A stretch of 64,000 bases of DNA from Octopus vulgaris (lineage: Eukaryota): assembly GCA_951406725.2 (NCBI GenBank), contig OX597814.1:105338001-105402000 (forward strand). The letters are read 5' to 3'. Shown here one piece after another: positions 24,796 through 39,445 of the stretch; the first letter of the stretch is position 1, and each line of letters begins with the position of its first letter. The position numbers were made by a program, and so were the translations under genes. The notes below the pieces were generated by a model. The model was not told where the DNA came from, made no database searches, and saw only the letters and a list, made by a program, of their open reading frames with translations.

Positions 24796-26955
24796 CCTTG
24801 GGTGGAATTTATAAATATTTTAATGCATTGCTACGTGCGTTTCAACAAATCATATGTTTCTTAAGATCGTAGTCCATATTCCTGGGATAATTACAGTGCA
24901 GTCTGTAGTATCCATGGACATCGGGTGGATCATGTTCATGCGTTCATTTCTTCGGGCGATATGGCATTAACGGATTTTAACTGGGGGTTGTTTATGAATT
25001 TTGACCAATGATTGGGGTATGTGGGCATTTTCTGTGTCTTTGGTAACGGAGATGGAGGTGTGTGTGGTGATGTTAGACTTATTTGAGTATGCAGATGTCA
25101 GGATGGGCAATATGGTTCTTTGGATCTTTTCTTTTTCGAATTCTAGGAATGATTCCTTACATCTATACTTACATAATCTAATAACTTCGGAATGTCTGTT
25201 AATTATGTTTTCTCTGGATGTGATGACCTCCAGGGTTTCCTCTAGACATAAGGTGCATATTCGCGATGTTCTGTTGTATGGTGCAGCATATTTTATAATA
25301 GAGCAGTGGATCGTATGCTCCTCTGCATTCTGTTTGAGCCTACAGATGAGGTTTGATAGTGATGTGCAGTGCGTTTTTTGTTTACATTGGAAAATGTAAG
25401 CTGGTTTCGCAGACGATTTTTAATGGTATCTCCGGTACCACCAATGTACTTGTATTTTTGTATACCCGCCTTCACCTCACATTTGTAAATCACATTCTTT
25501 ATTAAGCAGGTGTTGTTAAACAGCATTCCCCTTTACGTCTGCAGTTACATGTTATATTATTTTTTCCGGTTCTGTAAGCAGAGTTATTACTGGTAATCAC
25601 CCCCCACCTGTAATCGTGCTCTCATTTTCCTTATGTATGGATTGGACTGCCAATTGTGTGGCGTTATTTGGATCCGTTTTGTTATTGGTGAGCTTTTATT
25701 ATTCCTATTTACAATCATTCCAGCGGTTTTTTTCCTGTATGCCCTCTCTAGTTTTATCCTATTGAGTTTTGTATTATTTACTTTGTTTTTGTAGTTTTCT
25801 AGATTGTGAGAAGTCGCATATGCTAATCTTACATTATACCTGTTGATGAATTTGTGATATTTGGAAGTGTTTGAGAAGATCCTGTCTAATGTTGCAAAAA
25901 ATTCCTGACCTATTTTAGATTTTATTTGTGAATGGAAAATTGAGTTAAACCAAATAATTTTATCACTAAATTTTCCTTTTCTTTTAACATATTGTGTTTG
26001 TTAGTGGAATTTGAAGCATCTGCTTCTACTGTTTTTTTTTGTTTTGTTGCTTTTTTTTCCTTATTTCTATCGATGTTTAACGTTTCCTCTCTTTCTACCC
26101 TTCGCTGCTGTTTCGTGGGTCCTGTTTTATATTTATCCTTTTTAGTGTTGTAATTCGCCTTTCCCCTTTTGGTCCCTATCATATTTACTGTTTTTCTGGG
26201 TTCTGGTATTCTGCAGTTATTTATATGATTACCCCCTCTATTAATAATGCTCTCTGGGTATTGAGCCTTCTCTGTATTATTCTGTACAGATACTATTCTA
26301 CCCTTATATCCCGCTCTAGCTAGTACTGAGTTGTAATATGAGGCGTGCATGTTGAATATCTGTTCATCTGCAGATAGTCAGGATGTTCTGTTACTCACGT
26401 TTCTTGAGATGCTTCGTTGTACATGTTCCCGGATGGTTAGATCCGCAGCTCACATTTTAAGTTTTCGTTTGGCTTATGGACATTTCAAACTTTGCATCGA
26501 TGAAGCTAAGCTTTACCTCTACGATTTTTTTATATTTCTATTTCTAATCCGAAATTTTCACACATTTTAAAAAGTGCTTTCTTACAAGTTTTAGATCCTA
26601 CATTAAAACGATTTCGCCCTGTGAACAATGCATCGTCTCGATATGATCGCCCCTACACTACGTTCAGGAACCAAGATTTTAATTCTGATAATAACTATGT
26701 TCCTACTATATCCTTTATTTGAGCCGAGTCACTGGACCCCATTGCTATGTTAAATGAATCTTCCTTGTTCGACCGGGTCCAAAGTTTACCTCCGATTTCT
26801 GTTATATGCATAAACATGATCTACTCAATATCCATGGAAACTACGGATTGCACTGTAATCATCCCAGGTATACGGATTATGATCATAAGAGACAAGTAGT
26901 TAGTGGAAACGCGCGTAGCGATGCATTAAATATTAATATATTCCCTCCAAAGATT
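24796..26955 (-). mobile_element. Neptune-type Penelope-like element, 5'-truncated, with inverted pLTR
   Basis: 24796-24945 and 26806-26955 are inverted copies, each ending outward in (ATT)n and containing a decayed hammerhead (GAAA-CGCGCG-TA at ~26906-26917). The coding remnant lies between them. Confidence 0.8.
25135..26445 (-). pseudogene. Penelope (Neptune clade) RT-thumb, linker and GIY-YIG endonuclease, frameshifted
   Basis: SNHP...LSADEQIFNMHASYYNSVLARAGY; IIWFN...KIGQEFFATLDRIF...KFINRYNVRLAYA; CNCRRK..C..NTCLIKNVIYKCEV...KYIGGTGDTIKNR; APYNRTSRICTLCLEE...INRHSE. Confidence 0.85.
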
Positions 26956-26961
26956 ATTATT

Positions 26962-27045
<84 letters not shown>

Positions 27046-27392
27046 ATACGTACTTATGTGCACACATTCATACATACACACATGCATATACATATACATG
27101 CACACACACATGCACACATACATACATACATACACAACGTTCGTGTCACGAGTAGCTGAAAGTAAACAAAGTTATAAAAACATTTCAAGAAAAGCAACAG
27201 TAATAACATTCACAGCCATTTTGAGAGAAGAAAATACACAAATAAATAAACGTGTGTGTGCGTGAGTTCTTTGTGATGATAGCTTTGTATTCTTGTATTG
27301 TTTTCTTATTAATTGCTGTTCACAATCACAAAGATATTTTCGCCTGAAACACTATTTGTTGACACTATAATGTATAATGTACACAATTACTG

Positions 27393-27423
<31 letters not shown>

Positions 27424-27727
27424 CATTGGTACATCCTTCATTTTTTACGGTGGATTCAGAGAAGAGCAACAATACGGGAAGATGACTACGAAAAAATCAA
27501 CAACAATGAAAATAATGATGACAGCAACGAGAATAATAACATTAGTGCATAGTGTGACAATAGTATAGAATATAGGTGTATATAGTACATTGACAATGGT
27601 ATATATTGTCAAATATACAAACACAAACACACAAGGAGCACATGGTCTATGAAATAAAGTATAAAGAATTTTAAATATTCCCACATGTTAAGAGGAGGAA
27701 ATAATACATGTATTCGAGTGTGTCTGC

Positions 27728-27759
<32 letters not shown>

Positions 27760-28963
27760 GTGCGTGAATCGCACATAATATAATCAAATGAATATTGTTG
27801 ATGTTCGGCGAGAAATGCTTAGCAACGTTTCTGCAAGACGTATCTAATCGATGGTTCTTCAGTTAGCGTTTTCTTTAAAATGGTTATTCCTTGTCGCCAA
27901 AGGACCTGCAAATGCCTAATGTTTTTTATTATGTGTTTACGACTTCCTTGCATATTTCTGTCTCTCTCTTTCTCTGTTTATCTCTCTCTCTTTCGTTCTT
28001 TCTTTCTCTCTCTCTCTTTGTCTTTGTTTCTGTCTTACACGCACACACACACATAATTCCCTCACATTATTACTTTGCTAATTATCACTTCCAGTTCAAT
28101 AACAGGTCGATGACATTTACAGAGAGGAAGACAACTAGAGCCACCTTACATATTCCGCCATCATTAATTCACCGCATTAGTTATTTTGAGTCACGAAAAA
28201 ATTACTTCCTTGTAAAGAAATGAATCAGACCTGAATGAGTTAATTTATTATAAACTAAAATAGACAGCAATTCCCATTAGAAACTAAAATTAACAATTCA
28301 CAACAGAAACTGAAACACTTTCAGAATTGACTCGGAGAAAGATAGAGAATGTCTTCTTACGCTTACTTGGAACTAAATTCCATTATTCAGTACGGTTTCT
28401 CTTCCATTCTTTTAAATGCTTACAAACATTTTTCTAGATTGCATATCTATCACTGACATGAAGCACAAAGATCGAAGTTCTGTACTAGTATTGCGGTAAA
28501 AGCAATCGACTTAATGTCCACACAGGCAATCATTAGGCTGACCACTTCTTTGCACCCTGATGCCATTTTTCTTTTACTTTCGTAGAAAAAAGGAAGGAAA
28601 GGGAGGCGGGCTTGTTTGTAGTTTGAAGAGAAAACGTTAAACGTGCCTGGAAAAAGCAAAAAAAAAACATGGTTTTTCCTCTGAACAAAAAGATATGAAG
28701 AACTATGAACGAAGGCGAATAAGTACCGGCGGTGGGAAAAAGAAGAGAGAACTAACAGTCGATCGTTCTAGAACTCCCAGAATATAAACGTAAACACCTG
28801 AAAAGACTTTCCCTCTATTCATTACTAAATGTCTTTCTCTCTTCGTTGTTAAAAGAAGCTAAAAAAGATCGATCGTATTTCAGTCTAATTGTCATTGTGA
28901 ATGACTGAGGCTTTCCTTTCTCTGTCTCTGTTGCTTCACTCCTTTTCTCAACGGTTAAGAGAG

Positions 28964-29285
28964 TGAAGATGCGTCAATCAGTAGTTAGGGGTATTTGGCC
29001 CACGATCGTAAAGTCATGAGTACAATTCCCTGCAGTGCACTGTGTTCTTGAGCAAGGTACTCTACTTCACCTTGCTGCAGTCCCCTCAGCTGGCAAAATT
29101 GAGTTGTAGCTTTTATTCAAAGGGGCCAACCTTGTCACATTCTGTGTGAGGCTGAATCTCCCAGAGAACTACATTATGGTATGCTTGTCTATTGAGTACT
29201 CAGCCACTTGCGCGTTAATTTTACGAGCAGACTGTTCCTTTGATCAGATAAACAGGAACCTCGTCGTCGTAACCGGTAGAGTACC
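28964..29285 (+). mobile_element. tRNA-derived SINE family C
   Basis: tRNA-like head, TTCTTGAGCAAGG core, CCTTGTCACATTCTGTG...GAGTACTCAGCCACTTG tail. Other copies at 43888-44192(-), 29592-29755(+), 3535-3610(-). Confidence 0.7.
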
Positions 29286-30164
29286 ATTTTTTTAAAAGAG
29301 TGAAAGAAAAGGAAATGTCCCACATCGTAAGGCAAAAATGTCATGTGTTTAGTGTAAGCAGAGAAAGCTAAGACGAAATAATTGCTATTCCGTTGTGTAT
29401 TCGCCCTCGACTCACGCTCAGTTTGTTAACAACAGCATGTTCATTGGAGTTTATCTGGGGTCTTGTACCCCAAATCTGTGAGCCCCACAAATGCCGCTGT
29501 TAGGACTAGATGAGCATCTATAGTGACCCTAACGACTAGAAAGATTTTCCTGCCCCTATATAGGATCTTTCTCGTTTTCTTCCAACCACTTGAAGGTTTA
29601 TCTTGCTCCAGTCCATTCAGCTGGCCAAAATGAGTTGTAGCTGTAATTCAAAGGGACCATCCTTGTCATATTCTGTATAAGGCTGAATTTCCTTGAGAAC
29701 TATGTTAATGGTATGCATAACTGGAGAGTACTCAGCTACTTGCCAGTTAATTTTATCTTCGTGTGGTAATGAAAAGTGAAAGTGACATCCAATATTTGCT
29801 TTGATTTAACAGTGTGTCTGTGTATCTATGTATCAACTTTCTTTCGATCTATGTATCTACTGTCTCTCTCACTTTCTCTCTTTCTCTCTCATTTTCTCTG
29901 TGTGCCTTCTCTCTCCCGCTTGTAATTTAACAATGTGTGGACGTATCTATGTATCAACATTTCTTACGATGTGATAAACATTTAAAAATCACAAAACGAA
30001 CGCAGTCACCACTCACTGTCTCTATTTCTCTCTCTCTCTCTTTCTCTCTCATTCTCTTTTTCTCTCTCACTTCCTCTCTGTCCTACTCTCTCCCGCTTTG
30101 CCAATCATTTCTTCTTTTGAGATAAGTGTGACACACACCACAGGTACGGACATACAAAAACAAC

Positions 30165-30656
30165 AAGTTGAGCAATTATTCTGCTCAATACCACAGATTT
30201 GCTTGTCAGTTGTTTGACCTTAACCAGTTGACCATGTCCCTTTGTGGCTGACGATATGTGCATCTCTGATCACGAGCAGAAGTAGTGGGGGAGCATCATA
30301 GCCATGTGTTGAGAGGGATTATTTGGGGTTTGGATAATTCACCTCAGGAAACATGGGTGCTTCGTTCAACATCCTTAATAAACCCTTATTCAGGGACCTT
30401 TTGAGCGGGATGGGTTACTCGATCTGAAGAAAATTCTAACTGGGCCCCATCTGCAAGGTCATGCGCTGTTTATCTTGATATGAGATCAACATGTCACGCA
30501 CATATGGTTGTGATGCATGTGCCTAGTGTACCCATATCAGACGGGTAGTCATGATGGTTATACTGGGCTTCGTATATTTTACCCCGGTGTCACTTTGATG
30601 GCATGCACTGCTCTCTCACTCAATAACAATAACAATAATAATAATAATAATAATAA
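30165..30656 (+). mobile_element. Probable 3' end of a non-LTR retrotransposon ending in (AAT)n
   Basis: GC-richer block ending ...GCATGCACTGCTCTCTCACTC-(AAT)n, the same end geometry as the R4 copies. No clear ORF; family not identified. Confidence 0.4.
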
Positions 30657-30805
30657 TTTATTTCTTTACTACCCACAAAGGGAGTAAACATAGAGGAGAC
30701 AAACAAGGACAGGCAAAGGGATTAAATCGATTACATCGACCCAGAGCGTAACTGATACTTAATTTATCGACCCCGAAAGGATAAAAGGCAAAGTCAACCT
30801 CGGCG

Positions 30806-30855
<50 letters not shown>

Positions 30856-31028
30856 GCTTCAAATTTTCCACAAGGTCAGCATTTTGGGAGAGGGGATGAG
30901 TCGATTACATCAACCCCAGTGTTCAACTGGTACTTATTTTATCGACCCCGAAAGGATGAAAAGCATCGGTGGAATTTTAATTCAGAACGTAAGGACAGAC
31001 GAAATACTACTAAGCATTTCGCCCGGTG
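30657..31028 (-). mobile_element. Two SINE family B fragments separated by (AAT)n
   Basis: TCGACCCCGAAAGGAT.AAA motif at ~30767 and ~30942. Confidence 0.75.
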
Positions 31029-31796
31029 TACCATGGTGTACTCAACTGGTTAAGGTGCCCGGTGTACCATGCGTCAGATGTCGAAGTGATCGCAGGGCAA
31101 CGTGAGATGGAGTGTTCTGCACAAGAACACAAAGCACCACGCGGTCTAGAGATTGAAACCACGACCTCGCAGTCGCGAGTGCAACATCCTGTTTTCGTGC
31201 GAAGTTATATGTTTATGGTCGTTATGTGTCCAGACTTGTGCGTACGTGTACATAAATACATATGTACTGCAAGAGTCGGAAAGAAAGATTTCGTGTGCGG
31301 CGGCGTGAGATAAGATATTTTTATTCAAATGTCACAGGAAAACAAAAACAAAAAAAAACAAAACAAAAAAAAAAAACTAGGAATGGTCATTCTTTGAATT
31401 CTTGAAAACGGGGAAAGTTGATGAATTGGTGTCTATGTAGTTCTTTCAACATTTTCGCAAATGTATGTCTATATGCGGAAGTAGCTGTCGACAGAAACAG
31501 CTTTTGCATACACACTCCTACACATTTACATACACACACACATACACATACATAAACACACACATACACGCACACACGTGTGCGAGCACGTAGAAGCTTC
31601 CAAGAGAATATATAAACGAATTAACGTGTGCATGTGTGTGTGGGGGGGTGCATCATATGATGTTTGACGAATGTATACATACATAACTAGGCAATTCATT
31701 GTCATTAAATATATATGTATATTTATACATTAACATATGCAAATATCAACGTCATGCACACAAACACACACACACACACAATATATATATGTATAT

Positions 31797-32101
31797 GTAA
31801 TGGCCTAGTGGTTGGGGCAGCGGACTCGCGGTCGTAGGATCGCGGTTTCGATTCCCAGACCGGGCGTTGTGAGTGTTTATAGAACGAAAACACCTAAAGC
31901 TCCACGAGGCTCCAGCAGGGGGTGGTGGCGATCCTTGCTGTACTCTTTCGCCACAACTTTCTCTCACTCTTTCTTCTGTTGGCCTGCTCGCTTAGCCAGC
32001 GGGGTGGCGTCATTTGAAGGCTAAAAAACAATGCGAAGCGCATTGTGACCAGCGATGTGTAACAACATCTGATGGCCTGGTCGGTCACGGTGATCACGGT
32101 G

Positions 32102-32103
<2 letters not shown>
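31797..32103 (+). mobile_element. tRNA-derived SINE family E (CpG-rich, young-looking)
   Basis: A box TGGCCTAGTGG, B box GGTTTCGATTCC; tail ends in (CACGGTGAT)x2; inserted in a TA-rich microsatellite. Confidence 0.7.
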
Positions 32104-32145
<42 letters not shown>

Positions 32146-32216
32146 GCACACACACATATATATGTGCGTGCACCTGCGTGTGTGCCACTGTGTGCGCGTG
32201 TGTGTGATATATATAT

Positions 32217-32398
32217 CAGGAGTGACTGCGTGGTAAGAAGCCCTAGCTTCTCAACCACATCGGTCCGGGCTCAGTCCCAATGCGTGGCACCTTCGACAAG
32301 TGTCTTCTTCTATAGCCTCGGGCCGACCAAAGCCTTGTAAGTGGATTTGGTAGACGGAAACTGAAAGAAGCCCGTTATATATATATATATATATATGT

Positions 32399-32443
<45 letters not shown>

Positions 32444-32522
32444 CATGCATTTGGTATTTGTGTCTGTGTTTGGTACCCCCTCTCCATCGCTTGACAATCG
32501 TGTTCGTGTTTATGTTTTGTCC
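32217..32522 (+). mobile_element. SINE family A, 3'-truncated
   Basis: Colinear with 1936-2200. Confidence 0.8.
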
Positions 32523-32645
32523 CGCGGAGTGTTCAACAAGCATCCACCTCATCAAGCAAGCCTGGTGAGGTTGCCAGTTTAGTCGCCGACAACCCGTAAA
32601 TATTGCGTGTTTTCTCCGTGTTGTATATTTCATGTCTGCTGAACG

Positions 32646-32813
32646 TGTGTAAAATGTGGAAGGGTGTGTCTCTCAGTTGGAGGTCTAAAAAGACATGTTA
32701 AGAGAGTGCATATGGTGACACCTGTTTCTCCTGCCAGCCAGCACAGTTGTCTAGTATGTAATAAAATGTGTAAAAGCTTGGCCGGGCTTAAAAGTCATAT
32801 AAGGACATCACAT
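32646..32813 (+). pseudogene. Two C2H2 zinc fingers, probably the C-terminus of an RTE-type LINE ORF
   Basis: Open frame CVKCGRVCLSVGGLKRHVKRVH-MVTPVSPASQHS-CLVCNKMCKSLAGLKSHIRTSH. The C.S..GL.SH.R.H style is typical of RTE ends; no TGEKP linker; in-frame stop just upstream. Confidence 0.6.
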
Positions 32814-34406
32814 GGCAACAATCATGAATCATTTCAGTAAACCTTCTTGGCAATGGCTTTTCTCATGTAACGAGGATGCAGCTGTCATGCGCATTCATAA
32901 ATACATTGTAGAAAACACGCATGAGATATTTCCCTCTTTTACATTGTTGATACACATAATCACTATTTCCCCTCTATTTCTATACAGACTGGTCACTATT
33001 AGTGTTAACAGCCGACTTAATATCTGACACTGAGGAGTACTAACATCATCGAAACATATCCAGTACTTTCATCACTTTACTATAAAAACGAGATCTGAGT
33101 AAGTTTCGTTTACATTAGCTGCTAGCATTGGAGTCATCTACCTTGAAGGCTATTTTTATATTTGAACACACCTTGTAGACTAATTACGAGGTTTTTATTT
33201 GATAACCCAGTGTAGTTATATATATCTGAGACATTCTCTTGCAGTGTTTATCGCCTGACGATCGTTCACCATAAACTAACAACGAAACATTAGCTTATGA
33301 CGTTTTATCACGAACACACTATATCATTTTTATAAATACAACATTCTATGTACGAGTGTTTGTGTATGCGTTTGTGTGTGTGTTTGTGATTGGCGATGCA
33401 AACAGGAAATATAAAACTCAAAATATGAGTAAATGTTTTTTTTTTATATATATATAAATATTTAGCAGATAAGTGCTGTCGCATGAAACACTCGCCCCTT
33501 TCATGTTTTTCATTCACGGCCAAGCGGCGTGTTATGTTCTTGAGCAAGACACTTCATTTCCTGTTGTTCAGTCTATTCAACAAAAAAAGAAACCGAGTGC
33601 TAGTGGAGCCATGTAGCCCTTCGGCAAACGAAACTTCGATGTTATTCTGGAATAATGGTCCGAGGGAGGAGGAGGTGTTTGAGTTTGCGGCCGGGACTTC
33701 ATAGCTAACGAGAACAATTAGGGAATTCAGGGAACCTACTACCAGCTCCTCCTCGATTCCGAGTGACGGCCGCAAAATATATACATACATACATACATAC
33801 ATGCATACATACATATTTACATACATACATGCATACATGTGTGTGTGTATTTATATATATAAAATACATACGTGTATATACTTATATACATACGTATACA
33901 TACATTTACACACACGCACGCACACACACACATATATATATATATGCATGTTTGTATGTATATTTAGGGCAATTAATATTTTATCATCTTTTGATAATGA
34001 CATTTTTGTAGCGTATATACAATATAAAATACACAAAACATTATATACATCAAAAGATATTCGCAACAAAATAGTAAAGATGCTATCAATGCAAAAAGCA
34101 AAATTATAGCAAAATATAAACAAAAGCTGTTATATATCATTTAGAATTGATATATTAAGTATATCTCTACATACGTACCTACATAAATACACACACACGT
34201 ATAGACATACATATATACACGCAAACATACATAAATATTACATATACGCAGCGTGTAAACACATCTGTATACGTAGATATATACATAAATATCGTGTGCG
34301 TGTGTATGCATACATATGCATACATACATACATACATACATACATACAAATATGCATATATATATATATATACATACATACATACATGCATATATATATA
34401 TATGTC

Positions 34407-34480
<74 letters not shown>

Positions 34481-34492
34481 CTTGTATGTTTG

Positions 34493-34523
<31 letters not shown>

Positions 34524-34670
34524 GTATATGTGTATGTACACCACGCATTTTCTGAACAAAGAACGCTTCTATTAAAAAACAAAAACATGATTTCTTTATA
34601 TCGCGATTAGCTTCTCAAAGCTTTCTATGAAAATCACAATGACATTATGTGTGTGTGTGTTTTAGTGTGT

Positions 34671-34731
<61 letters not shown>

Positions 34732-35252
34732 TGTGTGTGTGTGTGTGTATTTAATCCAGTTCGTGTACTTCCATAAATCTTCCGCAAATACACCATTTTT
34801 CAATCTCCAAACTATGAACACTTCGTTTTCCTTGCGTATTTACAAAGTTTATCGTCGTTTCCTCGTCTATCCCATAATTCTTATCGCATGCACAGGATCC
34901 AGTGTGCTGTTTAACTTTGATCACTCGATACATGCACACACACACACACACATACGTGCACAGCAAAATACATACACCTATACATATATGTGTGTGTATG
35001 TATGTATGTATGTATGTATGTATGTATGTATGTATGTTTGTATGTATGTATGTATGTATGTATGTATGTACGTATGTATGTATGTATCCATATATATATA
35101 TATATAAATCAATAAACTCTATCTGGATTTTTCAACATTTCTCTTACCTATAATTCCAATGAAGTGAATATAAATATATATATATGTAATACATACATAC
35201 ATATATATATACATATATGTATGAGTGTATGCATGTATATGTATATATTCAT

Positions 35253-35582
35253 TTGCATGGCTCAGTGGTTAGAGCGTCAGTCCCACGATCATGAGGTACT
35301 GAGTTCGATTCCCGGACCGGAGGTGTTCTTGAACGAGACACTTTATTTCACGTTAATCCAGTTAACTCAGCTATAGAAATGAGTTGCTTCGTCGCTGGTG
35401 CCAAGCTGTATCGGCCCCTTTGCCTTTCCCTTGGATATCATCAGTGGCGTGAAAAATGGAGGCTGGAATGCATGAGCGACTGCTTGTCTTCCATAAACAA
35501 ACTTTCCCGAGCTTGTACCTCGGAAGGGAGATTTCTAAGTGCAATCCCATGGTCATTCATGACCGATGAGGGTCTTTACCCT
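35253..35582 (+). mobile_element. tRNA-derived SINE family D
   Basis: A box TGGCTCAGTGG, B box GAGTTCGATTCC, ACACTTTATTTCAC core shared with family C, and a distinct 3' tail. Confidence 0.7.
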
Positions 35583-36625
35583 ATACATACATACATACAT
35601 ACATACTTACATACATATATACATACATACATACAAACATACATACATACATACATACATACATACATACATACATACATACATACATACATACATACAT
35701 ACATACATACATACATACGTGAGGGTGCATACATTGGTGTATATGTGCACCTGCTTTGTGTATTTTGTATATATCTACAAACAGTTTTTCTCCTTTTCTC
35801 TATATATTTTAGTCAAAATCCTTAAAACTTCATTACTTTCTCCATGGCGATACCTTAAGAAGAAATCTCAGTCTCCGAGAGATCTTTGTTTCGACGCGCG
35901 TTCTCTGCACCAGTCAATGAGGCCATACCAAGAGTTGTGCGTTGAGATTCCCTCTATCCTGAGATATTATAAGAGATACTTTCTCAGTTTTACGAAAACA
36001 TAACTTACACTCTGCTGTATGCTTTATGGCGTCTGAAGGACGACAGAGTGGAACTGGCTTGGCACAATCCATGCCTGCTATTGTAATAATAATAAATTAT
36101 AATGATACAATAATCAACCACTGCTACTTGGTGAGTAATTTATTGAGTGTTTCAAAATGGACAAGAGCAAAAACCACTTCAGAAAATCCGGATAGAGGGG
36201 CCCTAAGGCAGATATGTAGGGGTCATATTAAATGAATATCAGGTAATCCCTGCGATTCCATGAACGCAATGAATGCGTTGACGTGTCTTTCCATCCTAAC
36301 GTATTCATGATCGGAAAGGTGCTAAGGTACTTGGAGGACAAGTATTCGTTTATGTAAACGGCTCAAACAGAGCAGAAGTGGTTCATTCCCTTTTTCTGCA
36401 ATATTGTCGACAAGAATCTATCTTTATTATGAACCAATTCACAAACAGAATTCTTCACTGATTCTTTCATTCATGAAATTAACATACTTGTGACCAGTTA
36501 AATGTGCTGTGTAAGTTTGTTCCATCTTAAACGAATAGATTAGTCTGAGGCGAAGAAGTATTAATATTATACATAAATTTTCTAAAATGACCCTCCCAAA
36601 ACCCCAAATATACACACACACACAT

Positions 36626-36813
<188 letters not shown>

Positions 36814-37104
36814 CTGTATGTATATATTAATAAAAAGTAAGGGCTTACCCCAGAACGACTACCATTTTGCTCTCAATTCGGTATTCAAAATATGTTAATC
36901 AACAGTTTGCATATGAATCCAGCAAAGTTCTTATAAGATAAGAAATTAGAGGAATATTCCGTTGGATAATTCTCAATATATTTCCTTAACCATATAGGTT
37001 TCTTGGTAATATTAAAAATACTGATCACTCCGAAGTAGCGATAGCTTTACCTTCAATTCTATAATCATATACCGCCCAACGCGTGTTTCAATTGCACCGA
37101 TTAG

Positions 37105-37156
37105 TAACCGTCGCAATTGCACCCCTACTATGAAACGGTGCAGTCTCATCAGGGTC
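37105..37156 (-). ncRNA. Decayed hammerhead motif in a PLE-like remnant (~36830-37310) between (TA)n arrays
   Basis: Minus strand GACC-CTGATGA-GACTGCACC...GGTGCAATT-GCGA: long stem II, GAAA mutated. Confidence 0.45.
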
Positions 37157-37307
37157 TTCAATTGATATCCGACGGTCTGGCCGTTTAATGATTTTCTGTT
37201 ATAAACTCTGCGTTGTATAATGCAGAGTTGCCCGATAAGACGCGAACACTCTCTATATACATATCCACCAATGCAGTGCTGAGCACTCATTTTCATCGTT
37301 CGATATT

Positions 37308-37368
<61 letters not shown>

Positions 37369-37389
37369 GTATGTATATGTATATATATG

Positions 37390-37508
<119 letters not shown>

Positions 37509-37579
37509 AAAAAACACATTTTATCAATTCAATAATGAAAAATTAAATTATGCCGTTTAGAAAAATTACAATATATATA

Positions 37580-37813
37580 CAAGTTGGCCCAAAAGTAGGT
37601 TTACGGTTATGACGTAGGCACTTTAAATTTCTTTTAAAACAATTTATTACATTTAAATTTCTATTTTGCAAACTGAAAAGGGAGCCTGACAAAATTAACT
37701 AAATTAGCAGAGAATAATGGTTTGATATATTTTATAATTAAGATCTAAACTGTTAATATATGAATGCGAAAGAAATAGTTGAATAACTGTAAACCTACTT
37801 TTGGGCCACCCTG
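37580..37813. mobile_element. Tc1/mariner-type MITE
   Basis: 31-bp TIR CAAGTTGGCCCAAAAGTAGGTTTACGGTTAT / ATAACTGTAAACCTACTTTTGGGCCACCCTG; TA on both sides. Confidence 0.88.
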
Positions 37814-37853
37814 TACGTATGTATGTATGTATGTATGTATGTATGTATGTATG

Positions 37854-37884
<31 letters not shown>

Positions 37885-38411
37885 GTAGATAGATAGATAG
37901 ATAGATAGATAGAAATACTTCATTTACGGGAAAGGTTTTTGCGTAGGCATATAAAATCTCCCATTTTATTACGTCGAATATAACCTAACGATATCCACAA
38001 GCAATAGCGGTTTTATGGGTTTGTACCGAGCTGTGCTGATAGAATGCAGCGTAAATATATCAAATGTGTGTGTGTGTGCGTGTGTGTGTGTATGTGTGTG
38101 TGTATGTGTGTGTGTATGTGTGTGTGTGTCGTACATATTCATGATTGTTCCTGAAAGGGACGAAAGTGCTAAATAAATCGCTTTTACCCAAATCCATCTC
38201 CTTTTTCTTAATATATAAAATCTGTAAACCACTTCAAATAATCTACACAAACACACACAGATGTATATATAAAAATGCGGTATAAATAATGTAAGTAGGC
38301 ATGTATGTATGTATGTATGTATGTATGTATGTATGTATGTATGTATGTATGTATGTGTGTGTGTATGTATGTGTGTATGTATGTGTGTGTATGTATGTGT
38401 GTATGTATGTA

Positions 38412-38442
<31 letters not shown>

Positions 38443-39445
38443 ATGTATGTATGTATGTATGTATGCATGTATGCATGTATGTGTGTGTGTATACAGATAA
38501 TCTTGCATTTCTGATCTACAGGGTTTAGCAGCTAAAGTTGACATCAGACAATAACTAACGTTGTGTTTAGAATCGGTATTCCAAATTTGAAGCGAAGCAG
38601 CCTTCACCTTTAGAAAAGAAAGAAACCTTGTAGAACAGTATTGGCGTGTGACATTGAAATCAAACTTTTTAATGTCACCATATTTTGTCTTTCTTCAAAG
38701 TATGTAATAGAAAGCATCCCCGTTTGCGGAGATCCGCAACCATATCATGACGGTTTAAAACGCTGTATGGCATGAACAGAAGACAAAAGGAGAGATTTAT
38801 AGGAACATTCGACTAATATCTAAGATGGATGGAAATCTAAGATAATTGGACATTTATAGAGAATCATGACGTACATGAATCTTTTTGAAAATATTTCTCG
38901 TTTGGAACATGATGATTTTTCTAGAGGATACGCAATTCCACCTGGGTAGTCCTGGATGAGCAGTCTTTGGAATCATCCTCTCTAAAAGCTATAATACTTT
39001 ATTTACACTTATCTTCTTGCCCAGCTTCAGAGTTGTTATCGATTATTTTTCACCTTGTGTGAAGAAATATAAAGGAAATCGAAAATATAATCTATTTATT
39101 ATATTATCCTGCTACGGTAGAACTGCGTTGGCGAAGGGTTAACATCTCATAATACACTGTAGCAAAGAAATGTTCATGTGGTTACACTTAAATCCAACTG
39201 AACGAAGGAGTTGAGCCACTGAGGATTATAAAGCAACATGTAAGGAATACAGGCATAGCTAAGACAATATTGATGTATAATAGACACAGAATTATTGATC
39301 CAATATACAAGGCAGTATTAATACATATTGTGTAAGGCATTCCTGATCTATTAGAACATATGAAGCAGTTTTGATATATAATGTATAGGGCAGCGTTGAT
39401 ATTGAATGCGTTAAGCAATGTGGACGTATTATATATAACTTGTAA

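Noticed and set aside
39105-39142. piggyBac-like end (...GAAGGG-TTAA)
   Set aside because: No matching opposite TIR found.
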